Shown here: in pieces, positions 1 to 14,405 of the stretch
Layout: each line of letters opens with the position of its first letter
Position numbering within the stretch: the stretch's first letter is position 1
Assembly: GCA_050633305.1 (NCBI GenBank)
Contig: JBOEGF010000013.1
Location: 192,001 to 256,000, forward strand
Direction of reading: 5' to 3'
Length of the DNA: 64,000 nt
DNA from: Nannocystales bacterium
Lineage (GTDB): Bacteria; Myxococcota_A; Polyangia; Nannocystales; Nannocystaceae
Position numbers and translations under genes: made by a program
Notes under the pieces: generated by a model
Databases searched by the model: none
The model's input: only the letters and a program-made list of their open reading frames with translations
Told to the model about the DNA's origin: nothing

Positions 1-827
1 CTTCCGTTGCTTGGTTGCGCCAGTGGAGGGTCCTGGAGCGCAGAGGTCATCTCGGTAAACGTGCCGTCGCCGTTGCCCGCGTACAGACGATCGGGGGCTG
101 CAAACGATGTCCCGCCGAAGCCGACAAACAGGTCCACGATCGCGTCTCCGTTGAAGTCGCCAAAGCTGGCGTTGGCCGCCGCGTCGGACCCTGTCGCGAC
201 GCCAGCATCGGGAACCTCGGCGAACACGCCGTTCCCATCGTTGAGATAGATGGCACTTCCAGCGTTGGCGAGCGAGGGCAAGTCCAACCCCGCGAACAGG
301 TCTTGGTCCCCATCGTTGTCGACATCTGCGAACGCAAAAAACGCCGCTTGAACACCCCGAAGGCCCGAGGCATCGCTGACGTCCTCGAACGTTCCGTCGC
401 CCGCATTTCGAAACACGAGGTGTTCGAATGGCACCCCAGCTTCCGCGTTGGGGAAGAGCGAATGCATGACGATGTCGTCGAACCCATCACCGTCGATGTC
501 GGCAAACGCCAACCGACTGTGGTCGTTGATGACGGTGCCCTCCGGCGGGTCGGTCGAGAAGTTGCCAACCTGGATCCCCGACGACTCGCTCACGTCGGAG
601 AAGAAGCCCGAGTCGGGCGTCACAGGTGCGCGCGCATCACACTCCGCGCCGGCGCCATCGCTTGACTCCGTCGCCGTCGCGACGCCTGCACCGGAGCTGC
701 TCCCCATCGGTCCACTGCTGCTCGATGAGACCGAGTCCGTGCTCTGCGTGTTGCCGACGTCGCTCGGGGCGTCGTCGCCTCCGCAGCCGAGCCCCACAGC
801 CATCAACGCAATCCAAACCCGAGACAT
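1..827 (-). CDS. FG-GAP/VCBS-repeat lipoprotein (CRTAC1/ASPIC-UnbV-like), runs off the left edge
   Basis: Not in the ORF track because it has no stop in the window. My translation from ATG 827 gives MSRVWIALMAVGLGC (lipobox), a Ser-rich linker and repeated ADIDGDGFDD, ADVDNDGDQD, GDFNGDAIVD and NGDGTF motifs. Confidence 0.85.
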   Translation of the reverse strand, partial: MSRVWIALMAVGLGCGGDDAPSDVGNTQSTDSVSSSSSGPMGSSSGAGVATATESSDGAGAECDARAPVTPDSGFFSDVSESSGIQVGNFSTDPPEGTVINDHSRLAFADIDGDGFDDIVMHSLFPNAEAGVPFEHLVFRNAGDGTFEDVSDASGLRGVQAAFFAFADVDNDGDQDLFAGLDLPSLANAGSAIYLNDGNGVFAEVPDAGVATGSDAAANASFGDFNGDAIVDLFVGFGGTSFAAPDRLYAGNGDGTFTEMTSALQDPPLAQPSNG

Positions 828-1123
828 GAACCATGGTCGCGTAAAACTCCGCCTGGCGGGTGCCCTGTCCCTGATTTCAATCCCAGGGCTGACCCCAGGT
901 GCCGGTGTATGTCGGACGTCTGCTTCGGCACCGATCACCTACACGACAACTTGGCAGCCTGGAGCGGCACAGATGTCTGCGAGTGCAAACCCCGGGAGAA
1001 TTTCGTCCGTGGACCGCTGTGGAATCGAGCGTTCGTCCATCGCGCCTGCGGGAGGCGGACGTGCGCGGGTCCACCAAATCAACATGTGCAGAGATCAGCC
1101 CGATCTCGCATAATCGACGGCGA

Positions 1124-2707
1124 ATGGGGCACCCAAACGGGCAGGGCGGAGCCGTCGTCGGGATCGACCTCGGCACGACGAACTCCGTAGTGGCGACCGT
1201 GCTGGACAACTCCGTCGAGGTCATCCGCGACCGCAACGGCACCGGCTTGGTCCCCTCTGCCGTCGCGTTCGTGCCCAACGGCGAAACGCTCGTCGGCCGG
1301 CGGGCCCGCGAGCGTGCCTTGCTCGACCCCCAGAACACGATCTCCTCGGCCAAGCGCATCATCGGGCGCCCCTGCTCCTCCCCGGAGACCCAGCACATCA
1401 TCGGGCAGCTGCCCTACATGGTGTCCCCAGGGCAGAACGACGAGGCGATCATCCACACCCGGGCGGGCGAGGTCTCTGTCATCGAGATCTCGACGAGGAT
1501 CCTCGCGCACTTGCGCGCGGGCGCCGAACAGAGAATCGGGCAACCCGTGACCGGCTGCGTGGTGACGGTGCCCGCGAACTTCTCCGACGGACAACGCGAG
1601 GCCACGCGGCGAGCGGCAGTGGGTGCAGGGATGTCCGTCCTGAGAATCTTGAACGAGCCCACGGCCGCTGCGGTCGCGCTCGCCCTCGGTGGCGAAGGCT
1701 ACCGCCGCATCGGCGTGTTCGACCTCGGAGGAGGCACGTTCGACTTCACCGTCCTCGCGGTGCACAACGGCCTCTTCGAGGTCCTCGCAACCGGGGGAGA
1801 GCCCTACCTCGGGGGTGACGACTTCGATGCTCTCCTTGCCGACCGGTTCGCGGACGGATTCCTCCGTCAGTATCGACTCGATCTCAACGCCGACCCGAAC
1901 GCACGCGCAAGGCTCCTCGCCGCCGCTCAGAAGGCCAAAGTCTCGCTCTCCGAGCAGGGCATGCTCGATGGGGTCATCCAAGACATCGCCTACGGTGTGG
2001 ACGGCCGCGAACTCTCCCTCCACTACAGCATCTCGCGAGCCGACTTTGAGGCCCTCATCGCCCAACAGATCGACCGTGCGATGGAGACGACCAAACAAGT
2101 GCTGGCGGAGGCCGGCCTTCGGCCCAGAGACATCAACGAAGTCGCGTTGGTTGGCGGCTCAACCCAGATTCCATTGGTACGGCGCCGGGTCACGCGGCTG
2201 TTTGGACGCGAGCCGAACACCACCGCCAACCCACTGGAGACCGTCGCCGTCGGTGCAGCCCTGCACGCGCATGCCCTGTGGACAGCATCCCAGGCCCCGC
2301 CAACGTCAGCCGCGCCGCCCGATGAGCCGGGGGTCGGCTTGCTGATGGACGTCACCTCGCACGCGCTGGGTGTGGCGACGGTGGGTGACAACGTTCAAAT
2401 CCTGATCGGCAAGAACACGACGATCCCCTGTGAAGGCAACCACATCTTCTCGACGGTGCGGGACAACCAGCAGCAAGTCACGATTCGGATCTGCCAAGGC
2501 GTCGCCCAGCGCTTCAGCGAGTCGGTCCTCTTGGGAGAGTTGCACCTGACCCACCTCCACCCAGCACCCCGTGGCGAGACCCAGGTGGCAGTCGAGTTCA
2601 TTGTCGACGCGAACGGCATCCTGCAGGTGAGCGCCCGCGACCTGGCGACGGGCCAACAGACCGGCGCAGTGCTCTCCGTGCGCGGCCTCCAACCTGCAGC
2701 AAGATGA
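1124..2707 (+). CDS. Hsp70/DnaK-family paralog lacking the C-terminal lid
   Basis: GIDLGTTNS, TVPANF, RILNEPTAAA, DLGGGTFD, LVGGST and the LLMDVT linker are present. The protein ends right after the substrate-binding beta domain. ATG 1124 chosen as start. Confidence 0.92.
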   Translation: MGHPNGQGGAVVGIDLGTTNSVVATVLDNSVEVIRDRNGTGLVPSAVAFVPNGETLVGRRARERALLDPQNTISSAKRIIGRPCSSPETQHIIGQLPYMVSPGQNDEAIIHTRAGEVSVIEISTRILAHLRAGAEQRIGQPVTGCVVTVPANFSDGQREATRRAAVGAGMSVLRILNEPTAAAVALALGGEGYRRIGVFDLGGGTFDFTVLAVHNGLFEVLATGGEPYLGGDDFDALLADRFADGFLRQYRLDLNADPNARARLLAAAQKAKVSLSEQGMLDGVIQDIAYGVDGRELSLHYSISRADFEALIAQQIDRAMETTKQVLAEAGLRPRDINEVALVGGSTQIPLVRRRVTRLFGREPNTTANPLETVAVGAALHAHALWTASQAPPTSAAPPDEPGVGLLMDVTSHALGVATVGDNVQILIGKNTTIPCEGNHIFSTVRDNQQQVTIRICQGVAQRFSESVLLGELHLTHLHPAPRGETQVAVEFIVDANGILQVSARDLATGQQTGAVLSVRGLQPAAR

Positions 2708-3231
2708 CCGCATACGCCGAAGCTTTCTGGACGCGGGTCATGGAACTCGCGAAGACCCTCGATGCGATGTCGTACTACCAACTGCTCGACGTCGACGTCG
2801 CCTCGCCCCGCGAAGTGATCGAACAGGCGTACTATCGACGGGCCCGTAATATCCATCCCGACCGTCACGCGTACGAGACGGATCCCGGCCGCAAACACGC
2901 GCTGGTTCGGCTGTACGCGCGTTTTGGCGAAGCTTTTCGAGTGTTGCGCGACCCCACTCTGCGCTCGTTGTACGAGGCCGAACTCGCAGCAGGTCGAACT
3001 CGGCTGAGCAAAGACGCTGAGCAAGCATCGCGACTGCAGGACACGAGTCCCGACCCCCGGACCCCGCACGCCGCGAAACTCCTGGAGACGGCAAACACCC
3101 TCATCGCTGCGGGCAACATCGACGGAGGACGTGCACAGCTCGAACTCGCGGCACAGTTCGAGCCCGACTCATCGGCCATTCGACGGGCCCTCGTGGCGTG
3201 CGACGAGGCTGGGCGACGCTCCGGGAACTAG
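2704..3231 (+). CDS. J-domain (DnaJ-type) co-chaperone with TPR-like C-terminus
   Basis: YYQLLDV...AYYRRARNIHPD...EAFRVLRDPTLRSLY; start overlaps the Hsp70 stop (ATGA). Confidence 0.88.
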   Translation: MTAYAEAFWTRVMELAKTLDAMSYYQLLDVDVASPREVIEQAYYRRARNIHPDRHAYETDPGRKHALVRLYARFGEAFRVLRDPTLRSLYEAELAAGRTRLSKDAEQASRLQDTSPDPRTPHAAKLLETANTLIAAGNIDGGRAQLELAAQFEPDSSAIRRALVACDEAGRRSGN

Positions 3232-3333
3232 GCCCGCGACGGGCCGGTCGTGTCACCGGATTGTCACGGACTTTCGGCCCATCCGGTGTGGTCATCGATG
3301 CGAGCGTCAGCTCTGGCATTGCGAGCACACCCG

Positions 3334-4077
3334 ATGGCATCACTTCTTCCGTCAGTATGGTCCGTTCCTGAGATCTTCCACGAACGACTGGGAACCTCGG
3401 TTGGCCGACAGCGCCTCATGGCCCACGAGGGGCATCTGCTCCTCATCCTCCACGAGGTCCCGGAGCCGGGGGTCCCCGAGCGCCAAGGCGTCGTCTTCTG
3501 GCGAGCCCCTTCTGGGAAGTGGAGCACCAACGTTCGAGGCAACGGATTGACCGAACTTCGAGCTTTGGTCACGCGCTACATCGACAGAGTCGACGCCCTC
3601 GAGTCCGCATTCGCGGCGGCGAACTCGGTCGAGAGACTGTTTCCAGTACTGCGGGCCGCCACCCCGATCGAGCGCTCCTGCAGACTCATGCACGGGGTCC
3701 TTCAGGCCGCACGGGAAGCCCAACGGAAGGACCGCGACATCATCAACATCCGGGACCTCGCCGGTGAGGTCGTGCGTGCCGCAGAGCTGCTCAACACCGA
3801 GGCACGGACCGCCCTGGAGTTCGACATCGCCGAGAGCGCGGAGGCGCAAGCGAAAGCGAACCGCGCACTCGCGGAGGCGGGACAGCGGCTCAACCTCTTG
3901 GCTGCCGTGTTCCTTCCGCTGACCGCGCTCGCCTCCGCCTTCGGCATGAACCTCCCCAGCGGGCTCGAGAACGTCGCGAGCCCGATGTTGTTCTGGTTCG
4001 TGCTCATCGTCGGCATTACGGTTGGGATGCTTGTCCGTGGCGGACTCAACCGCCGGAATCCGGGCTCGGCGAGCTGA
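3334..4077 (+). CDS. CorA-family divalent cation transporter-like protein
   Basis: Long helical region, then FLPLTALASAFGMNL (GMN motif) and two TM helices. Confidence 0.8.
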   Translation: MASLLPSVWSVPEIFHERLGTSVGRQRLMAHEGHLLLILHEVPEPGVPERQGVVFWRAPSGKWSTNVRGNGLTELRALVTRYIDRVDALESAFAAANSVERLFPVLRAATPIERSCRLMHGVLQAAREAQRKDRDIINIRDLAGEVVRAAELLNTEARTALEFDIAESAEAQAKANRALAEAGQRLNLLAAVFLPLTALASAFGMNLPSGLENVASPMLFWFVLIVGITVGMLVRGGLNRRNPGSAS

Positions 4078-4150
4078 TGCTCGAGCAGGCGGCCGCCTCA
4101 AGCAGGAGGTCGCCTGGGCCGTGCCCGCCAATTTGCGGTAGATTCGGCCC

Positions 4151-4348
4151 ATGAACGCCGGGCAGAAAGACGAACCGGAGCCGCACGTGCACGGCCCGAA
4201 CTGCAACCACGACCACGACCACCATCACCACCACCACGCGCACCAAGAGCCGGCACGACGGGCCGAGCGCCCCGGTCGCAACGACCCCTGCTGGTGTGGA
4301 AGCGCAGTCAAGTACAAGAAATGCCACCTGCAAAGCGACAGCGCGTAG
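4151..4348 (+). CDS. His-rich SEC-C motif protein
   Basis: HVHGPNCNHDHDHHHHHHAH followed by GRNDPCWCGSAVKYKKCH. Confidence 0.85.
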   Translation: MNAGQKDEPEPHVHGPNCNHDHDHHHHHHAHQEPARRAERPGRNDPCWCGSAVKYKKCHLQSDSA

Positions 4349-4438
4349 GCGGTCGACTCGAACGACGTCGAGTTGTGGCGACGTTCTACACGTTGGCCTA
4401 AGCTGCCCGGCGTGGGCTTCGACGACAACACGCTGCCC

Positions 4439-7333
4439 ATGGCAGCCTCGGAGGAGTCCGGTTCGCTACAAGCCGGGCAGCTGTTTGGGCGATACCTGAT
4501 CGTCGACCAGGTCGGGGCAGGCGGAGTCGGGGAGGTCTACGCAGCCTACGACCCGTCGCTCGATCGTCGCATCGCCCTCAAGGTCATCCGCGGGGCCGTT
4601 GACGACGACACCAGCCAGGGAGCTGCCGGCTTGGTACGTGAGGCCAAGGCCCTCGCCAGCCTCTCCCACCCCAACGTCGTGACCGTCCACGAAGTCGGAC
4701 AGGAGGACGAGCGGGTCTACGTCGCGATGGAGCTCGTCGACGGCCGAGATCTCGAACGCTGGATCGACGAGAACACCGCTCGGCCGTGGCGGGTCACGCT
4801 CGGCGTCTTCCTCGACGCGGGCCGGGGTCTTGCGGCGGCCCACGCTCGCGGAATCCTGCACCGAGACTTCAAACCCGCCAACGTCCTCATCGGGCACGAC
4901 GACTGGGTCCGAGTCTCGGACTTTGGGCTCGCCACGCTGCTCAGCAGCGACGACAAGCTCACGGTCTCACGTTCCGAAGACGAGTCCTCCTCGTCGACGG
5001 GCGAGGCTTCCAAGACCCTGGAGGGGGGCATGGTCGGCACGCCGTACTACATGGCGCCCGAACAGCTCGACGGCAACGCCACGGTCCGCAGCGACATCTA
5101 CGCGTTCTGTCTCGCCCTCCACGACGCGCTGTACGGCGTGCGCGCCTTCGAGGCGGACAGCTTGCTCGAGCTCGCCACGCTCAAGTCCACCCAGCCCCCC
5201 AGCGATCCTGGCAACACCCGTGCCGTGCCAACGTTGGTCCGCAGTGCGATCGAGCGCGGCCTACAGCCCGACCCAGGCGAACGATGGCCTTCAATGGACG
5301 CGTTGCTCGCGGAGCTTCAGCAAGCGTTGTCCCCGCCGACACGCTCGGCAGTGCCCTGGCTGCTGGGTCTTGGTGGCATCGCAGCGGGAGCGGCGTTTCT
5401 CGTCCAGAGCACTCCCGAACCCTGCACGGGCGCCGCAGAAGCGCTCGAACCCACCTGGAACTCGGCCCGCCGCGCAGCCGTCGCAACCGGGATCGCCGAG
5501 AGCACCTCGCCGATCGCCGCGGAGACCACCACCCGACTCGAGCCCAAGCTCGACGCGTTTGCCAACGCATGGACGCAAAGCCACTCTCGGGTCTGCGAAG
5601 CAACCCAGCGAGGCGAGCAATCCACCGTCCTGCTCGACCAGCGCATGAGCTGCCTGCAGCGACAACTGCTCGACTTCAATGCCGTCCTGGACGTCCTCGA
5701 GCAGGCGGATGCGCAAGTCGTCCGCCGAGCCATTCGCGTCGCCAGCACCCTCCCTCAACCCGCTCGCTGTGAGTCACAGCCCGCGGGGTCGGAGGCGGCA
5801 GAGGCTTCTCCTGCGCTCGAAAAGGCGCGAGCTCAACAAGCCCACATCGAAGCCCTCCTTGCAGCGGGGAAATACAGCGATGCGCAGCCGCTCGCTGAGG
5901 CCCTGCTTGAATCCTCCATCGCGCTGGAGGCCCCTCGGTTCCAGGGAGAAGTGCTCGTCACGTTGGGCAACAGCCTCAGCAACAACGGACGGCTGGACGA
6001 AGCCGTCAACACGCTGGAACGGGCCGCGTTTCAGGGCGTAGGCTCCAATGCCCCCAAGGTTGTGCTGGAGGCCGCCACCGTCCTGACTGTCGTCGAGAGC
6101 GAGGCCGGCCATCCAGATGCGGGACTCCGATGGTCCAGGCTCGCTGAGGCGACCTTGGAGTCCGCTGGTGGCCGCGATTCGGACCGCGCCGTTCACCACG
6201 CAAATCGGGCCGCAGCCTTCAGCCGCAAGGAAGACCACCAGGCTGCCGAGGCCGCAATTCGCAAGGCTCTCGAGTACAGCGACGACGTGACGGAGCAGCA
6301 GCGCGTGAACCTGCTGCAAACCCTCGCCGGTGTCCTCTTCTACCAGTCTCGATTCGACGAAGCGATCACCCACCAAGAGCAAGCTCTCGAGGAGCTCAAA
6401 TCGACGGTCGGCCAGGGCCACCCCGCGGTCGGGTTGGGCCTCTTCAACCTCGGAACGTTCTACATTTCGCAGGGGAAGTTCGCGCAGGGGGAGCAGCTCC
6501 TCGCCGACGCTCTCGAGATTCAAGAGCACAGCCTCGACCCGTATCACACCGACATTGCGGACACCCTCAACAGCATTGGCGCCTCCCTGTACCAGCAGTC
6601 GAAGTTTGAAGCTGCTGCGGTCCCTCTCGAACGGGCGCTCGAGATCAAGGCACGCGAACTCTCCGCGGACCACCCCCAGGTCCTCGACGCGAGCACCAAC
6701 GTTGCTCTTCTGATCGCCGAAAACGGCGAGCTGGACCGAGGTGTCACGATGCTCGAATCAGTCGTGCGCCGAATCGAAGAGTCGGAGGACACCCCTCCGA
6801 GCACACGCTCGTCAGCGTTCTTCAACTTGGCGCGCTTGTGGCAAAAGCAGGGCCGCCTCGACGAGGCTCAGGGTCTCCTCGAAAAAGTGCTCCGTATCGA
6901 TGAAGAACGACTTGGAGAAGACGCCCCGCAGCTCGCACCGCTGGTCATCGGACTCGGTGTGCTCCGGAAAGCGCAAGAGCGGCCCCAAGAGGCTCTCGCG
7001 CTCTATGAGCGAGCACTCGAGATTCAAAAAGGCACGCTCGAGCCGACGCACCCTGCGAACCTTGCCGTCCTGAACAACATCGCCGCGACTCACCTCGTGC
7101 TCGATGCGCCGCACAACGCCAAGGACGTCGCGGGCCAGCTGCTCGAAGCCAGCAAAGCACGCGAAGACTACATCGGGCGTGCCAAGTACCTACTCGCCCA
7201 GGCGCACCTCGCACTGGGCGAGCGAACCGAAGCGCGCAGACTCGGGCGCGAGGCATTGGTCCTGCACCGCGAACTCCCGGCGCTCGCCGACGAACTCACC
7301 GACATCGAAGCCTTCGTCGACAGGCTCGACTGA
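4439..7333 (+). CDS. Ser/Thr protein kinase with TM segment and TPR repeats
   Basis: GAGGVGEVY, ALK, HRDFKPAN, DFG, GTPYYMAPE; hydrophobic segment; many TPR-like repeats. Confidence 0.93.
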   Translation: MAASEESGSLQAGQLFGRYLIVDQVGAGGVGEVYAAYDPSLDRRIALKVIRGAVDDDTSQGAAGLVREAKALASLSHPNVVTVHEVGQEDERVYVAMELVDGRDLERWIDENTARPWRVTLGVFLDAGRGLAAAHARGILHRDFKPANVLIGHDDWVRVSDFGLATLLSSDDKLTVSRSEDESSSSTGEASKTLEGGMVGTPYYMAPEQLDGNATVRSDIYAFCLALHDALYGVRAFEADSLLELATLKSTQPPSDPGNTRAVPTLVRSAIERGLQPDPGERWPSMDALLAELQQALSPPTRSAVPWLLGLGGIAAGAAFLVQSTPEPCTGAAEALEPTWNSARRAAVATGIAESTSPIAAETTTRLEPKLDAFANAWTQSHSRVCEATQRGEQSTVLLDQRMSCLQRQLLDFNAVLDVLEQADAQVVRRAIRVASTLPQPARCESQPAGSEAAEASPALEKARAQQAHIEALLAAGKYSDAQPLAEALLESSIALEAPRFQGEVLVTLGNSLSNNGRLDEAVNTLERAAFQGVGSNAPKVVLEAATVLTVVESEAGHPDAGLRWSRLAEATLESAGGRDSDRAVHHANRAAAFSRKEDHQAAEAAIRKALEYSDDVTEQQRVNLLQTLAGVLFYQSRFDEAITHQEQALEELKSTVGQGHPAVGLGLFNLGTFYISQGKFAQGEQLLADALEIQEHSLDPYHTDIADTLNSIGASLYQQSKFEAAAVPLERALEIKARELSADHPQVLDASTNVALLIAENGELDRGVTMLESVVRRIEESEDTPPSTRSSAFFNLARLWQKQGRLDEAQGLLEKVLRIDEERLGEDAPQLAPLVIGLGVLRKAQERPQEALALYERALEIQKGTLEPTHPANLAVLNNIAATHLVLDAPHNAKDVAGQLLEASKAREDYIGRAKYLLAQAHLALGERTEARRLGREALVLHRELPALADELTDIEAFVDRLD

Positions 7334-7359
7334 GTACACTCGAGTCTCGGAGACCGAGT

Positions 7360-11808
<4,449 letters not shown>

Positions 11809-11898
11809 CGAGTGAGTGTGCCGGGTCCGGGGAAGCGGCGCCAGGGGCCTCCTGACACAGACTGTCAGCAGAGCGATGCCGGAGCTACACTGGTGGGG

Positions 11899-12465
11899 AT
11901 GTTTGCAGGGTGTCGTTGTCCACGGTGCTCGAACAGCACGCTCGCGGTTGCCACGATCGAGGGGCGCAAAGCGCTGGGCTGCCCCCACTGCTCTGGCGCA
12001 TTCGTCGGCGCCGACCTGGGCCTGCGCCTGCTCGCCGTGCTCTCCCCCGACGTCCCTCCTGCACGGGTCGGCATCCCCTCGCCCCCGTGTCCTGTGTGTC
12101 GCAAGGGCATGCGCCGGGTGGTCGCCGCGGGGCAGGATGTGGAGACCTGCAAGGTTCACGGGGTCTGGTTTGACGCGGGGGACCTTCGCCAACTGGTCGA
12201 AGCCGTCGCCGTGGCGCTTGGTAAACCCATTCCTGCGGTCGTCGAGACGCTCGAAGCGAAACAAAAATCCCCCCCGGCTGCCACTCCTGAACACAACCTC
12301 TCCGCCCCCTCTGGGCGGCGGGCTTCCGAGCCATCGGACCTCGAGATCGCGGGTGGCATTGTGGGCGAAGCGATCGACACCGTGCTCGAGCCGGTCGAAG
12401 CCGTCGCCGATGTTGTGCTCTTCCCGTTCCGCGTGGTTGGGTTGCTTAGCGAGCTGATCGACTAG
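11899..12465 (+). CDS. zf-TFIIB-type zinc ribbon protein
   Basis: CPRC, CPHC, CPVC and CKVHGVWFDAGDL motifs. Confidence 0.75.
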   Translation: MFAGCRCPRCSNSTLAVATIEGRKALGCPHCSGAFVGADLGLRLLAVLSPDVPPARVGIPSPPCPVCRKGMRRVVAAGQDVETCKVHGVWFDAGDLRQLVEAVAVALGKPIPAVVETLEAKQKSPPAATPEHNLSAPSGRRASEPSDLEIAGGIVGEAIDTVLEPVEAVADVVLFPFRVVGLLSELID

Positions 12466-12474
12466 CAACGCCCG

Positions 12475-12641
12475 CTAGAGCGCCGATCGGTTTGAAACGG
12501 TCTGCAGAGTGCGTCGCTGGGCGCTTTTGGCAAGGCGGGAGGCCGAAGGCGGACTGGAGGTCCGTCGAGCGCCGAGCAACGCAGCCAAAGGTGACCAGAG
12601 GGGTGCGTTGCAGGCCGAATTCAAACCGGTCGGCGCTCTAG
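12475..12641. mobile_element. MITE/REP-like non-autonomous element, 167 bp
   Basis: 22-bp inverted repeats CTAGAGCGCCGATCGGTTTGAA (12475-12496) and TTCAAACCGGTCGGCGCTCTAG (12620-12641), 1 mismatch, CTAG at both ends. Confidence 0.7.
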
Positions 12642-12731
12642 CAGAACACACGCTCTGCAATCTACGGCGATACGCGGTGGGCGTGGCTCCGCTCCATCGC
12701 ACGGAGGCCCGGGTGAAGTTGGACGCATTCT
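12638..12731 (-). repeat. Direct repeat, left copy: 3' end of the AraC gene (matches 23311-23404)
   Basis: 94 bp with 3 mismatches to 23311-23404; encodes NASNFTRASVRWSGATPTAYRRRLQS. 12450-12465 also matches 23299-23314. Confidence 0.9.
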
Positions 12732-12778
12732 GGATCCGCCAACGCCTGACGCATTCTGGATCCGCCAACGCTTGACGC
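12722..12778 (+). repeat. 26-bp tandem duplication
   Basis: GACGCATTCTGGATCCGCCAACGC(C/T)T twice, plus GACGC. Confidence 0.9.
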
Positions 12779-12948
12779 GTCCCGGGAAAGCGCTCCAAAC
12801 ACCCGTTTGGAGGCAGTTAGCGTGGACTTGCGCCTACAATGACGCATCTCAAATACGACATACTGTCGCATCTTGAGCGATTTCGCGACCTTCACCTGCG
12901 GCCCTTCGAATTGCTTGGGACACTCCGGCGGGTCGCGGCAATACAGAG

Positions 12949-14370
12949 GTGCCTTCCGTGAGCCCTCCGCGCTTCACCCCCCTCATCTCCTGGCTCCTCC
13001 TCGCGCAGCTCGTGCTCGCAGGCTGTGTCACCGCCCCACACGCAAAGGACGTCCCGAGCGACCCCCTTCGCGCATTCGCGGCCTTCCTCGACGCGACCCA
13101 TCCAGCGCTCCACCGTTTCGTTGGCGCTTCCGAGTTGGAGGCGCGCGTCGACCTCGAAGTGAAGAACCTGGGCGGAGACGATGACCCCCTCGCCCTCGCC
13201 CGCGCGGCCTCACGTGTTGCAGCCGCGGTCGGGGACGCTCATCTCGCGGTGGGGTTGCCTCCGGAGGTTGCCGAAGGTTCCCTGGTGCCCTTCTTGCTGA
13301 AGCGGGCGGGCGAGCATGTGTTCCTCGACGCGTCCGAGCCCATGCTGCCGCGGGGCACCGAAGTCCTCCAGGTCGAGGGGCGGCCGGTGGGCGCGCTCTT
13401 CGAAGCGATGGCCGCGATGGCGTGCGTCGACGGAGACCGGCCCGAAGTGCGCGCGGCCGAGGTCGAACACCGCTTCGCGTTTCTCGCCCTCCTCGAACTC
13501 GGTGCCCACGAACACTACACACTCGTCGTCCGCGAACCGGGGGGAGACCCCCGAACGATTCAGCTCGAGGCGACCGATCGCGCCGGCGTCGGCCGGCTGT
13601 CTGCTCAGCGGTACTCGGCGGCCGTGTGGGGCAGCCCGCTTCCCCAAGGCGAGCCCCCTTGGCCCACGCTCACACGTATCTCGCCCACCACACAGCTCCT
13701 TCGCCTCGCGAGCTTCGGATACGAAGACGACGCGCCGTACGAAGAACGTGTCGAAGCCCTCTTCGCAACGCTGGCACCCCACGAGCGCCTCGTCGTCGAT
13801 CTTCGCGGCAACGAAGGCGGCAACAGACTGCTCGGCGTCACCGTGCTGCGGCGCTTGCTCGCGCGTCCCTTCGCGCAATGGGCAAGCGTCTCGACCCGAG
13901 TCCGCGCCATTCCTCCCGGGTTCGAAGACCTCATCGAGTTCCCCATCGTCCCAGAGGCGTCCCTCACCGGTTTTCCCGGCAAAAAGGCCGAGGGCCGATG
14001 GCTCGTCGAAGGAGACCCCCTCGCCGAGCGCATGGTCCCCGCGGCGCAGTACCACCCAGGGGAGGTCGTGCTCTTCGTCGACGCCGCCACCAACTCCGCC
14101 TCGATCGAGTTCATCGCGGCCCTGCTCGCCCATCGCGACGGCGTTCAGGTCATCGGCACCCAGACCCAAGGCGCGTGCGACCGCCACAACGGCCAACTTC
14201 CCGTGGTCTTCCAGTCGCAGTCACTCATGGTCCTCGTGTCCCTGTTCGACATCGAGTTGGTCCCAATCCCGGGATGTCGACCCGGTCACGGGGTCATGCC
14301 CGACGTCGAGGTCGTCTACTCCGAAACCGACTTCCTCGGCTCCCGAGACCCCTACCTCGACGCGCTCTAG
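12949..14370 (+). CDS. S41-family peptidase lipoprotein
   Basis: Lipobox LAGC; DAHL, VDLRGNEGG, TNSASIEF, VIGTQTQG, GHGVMPDV. Confidence 0.85.
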   Translation: MPSVSPPRFTPLISWLLLAQLVLAGCVTAPHAKDVPSDPLRAFAAFLDATHPALHRFVGASELEARVDLEVKNLGGDDDPLALARAASRVAAAVGDAHLAVGLPPEVAEGSLVPFLLKRAGEHVFLDASEPMLPRGTEVLQVEGRPVGALFEAMAAMACVDGDRPEVRAAEVEHRFAFLALLELGAHEHYTLVVREPGGDPRTIQLEATDRAGVGRLSAQRYSAAVWGSPLPQGEPPWPTLTRISPTTQLLRLASFGYEDDAPYEERVEALFATLAPHERLVVDLRGNEGGNRLLGVTVLRRLLARPFAQWASVSTRVRAIPPGFEDLIEFPIVPEASLTGFPGKKAEGRWLVEGDPLAERMVPAAQYHPGEVVLFVDAATNSASIEFIAALLAHRDGVQVIGTQTQGACDRHNGQLPVVFQSQSLMVLVSLFDIELVPIPGCRPGHGVMPDVEVVYSETDFLGSRDPYLDAL

Positions 14371-14405
14371 CCTGTGAAGCCCCCGAAGGCGCCCCCCGGG
14401 GTTCA

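Noticed and set aside
11809..12468. N-terminal 220 aa of the 1702-aa Lhr ORF
   Set aside because: Antisense read-through of the zinc-ribbon gene; Lhr similarity starts at 11808.
12722..12778. Possible CRISPR array
   Set aside because: Two adjacent copies with no spacers and no cas genes; no CRISPR seen anywhere in the window.
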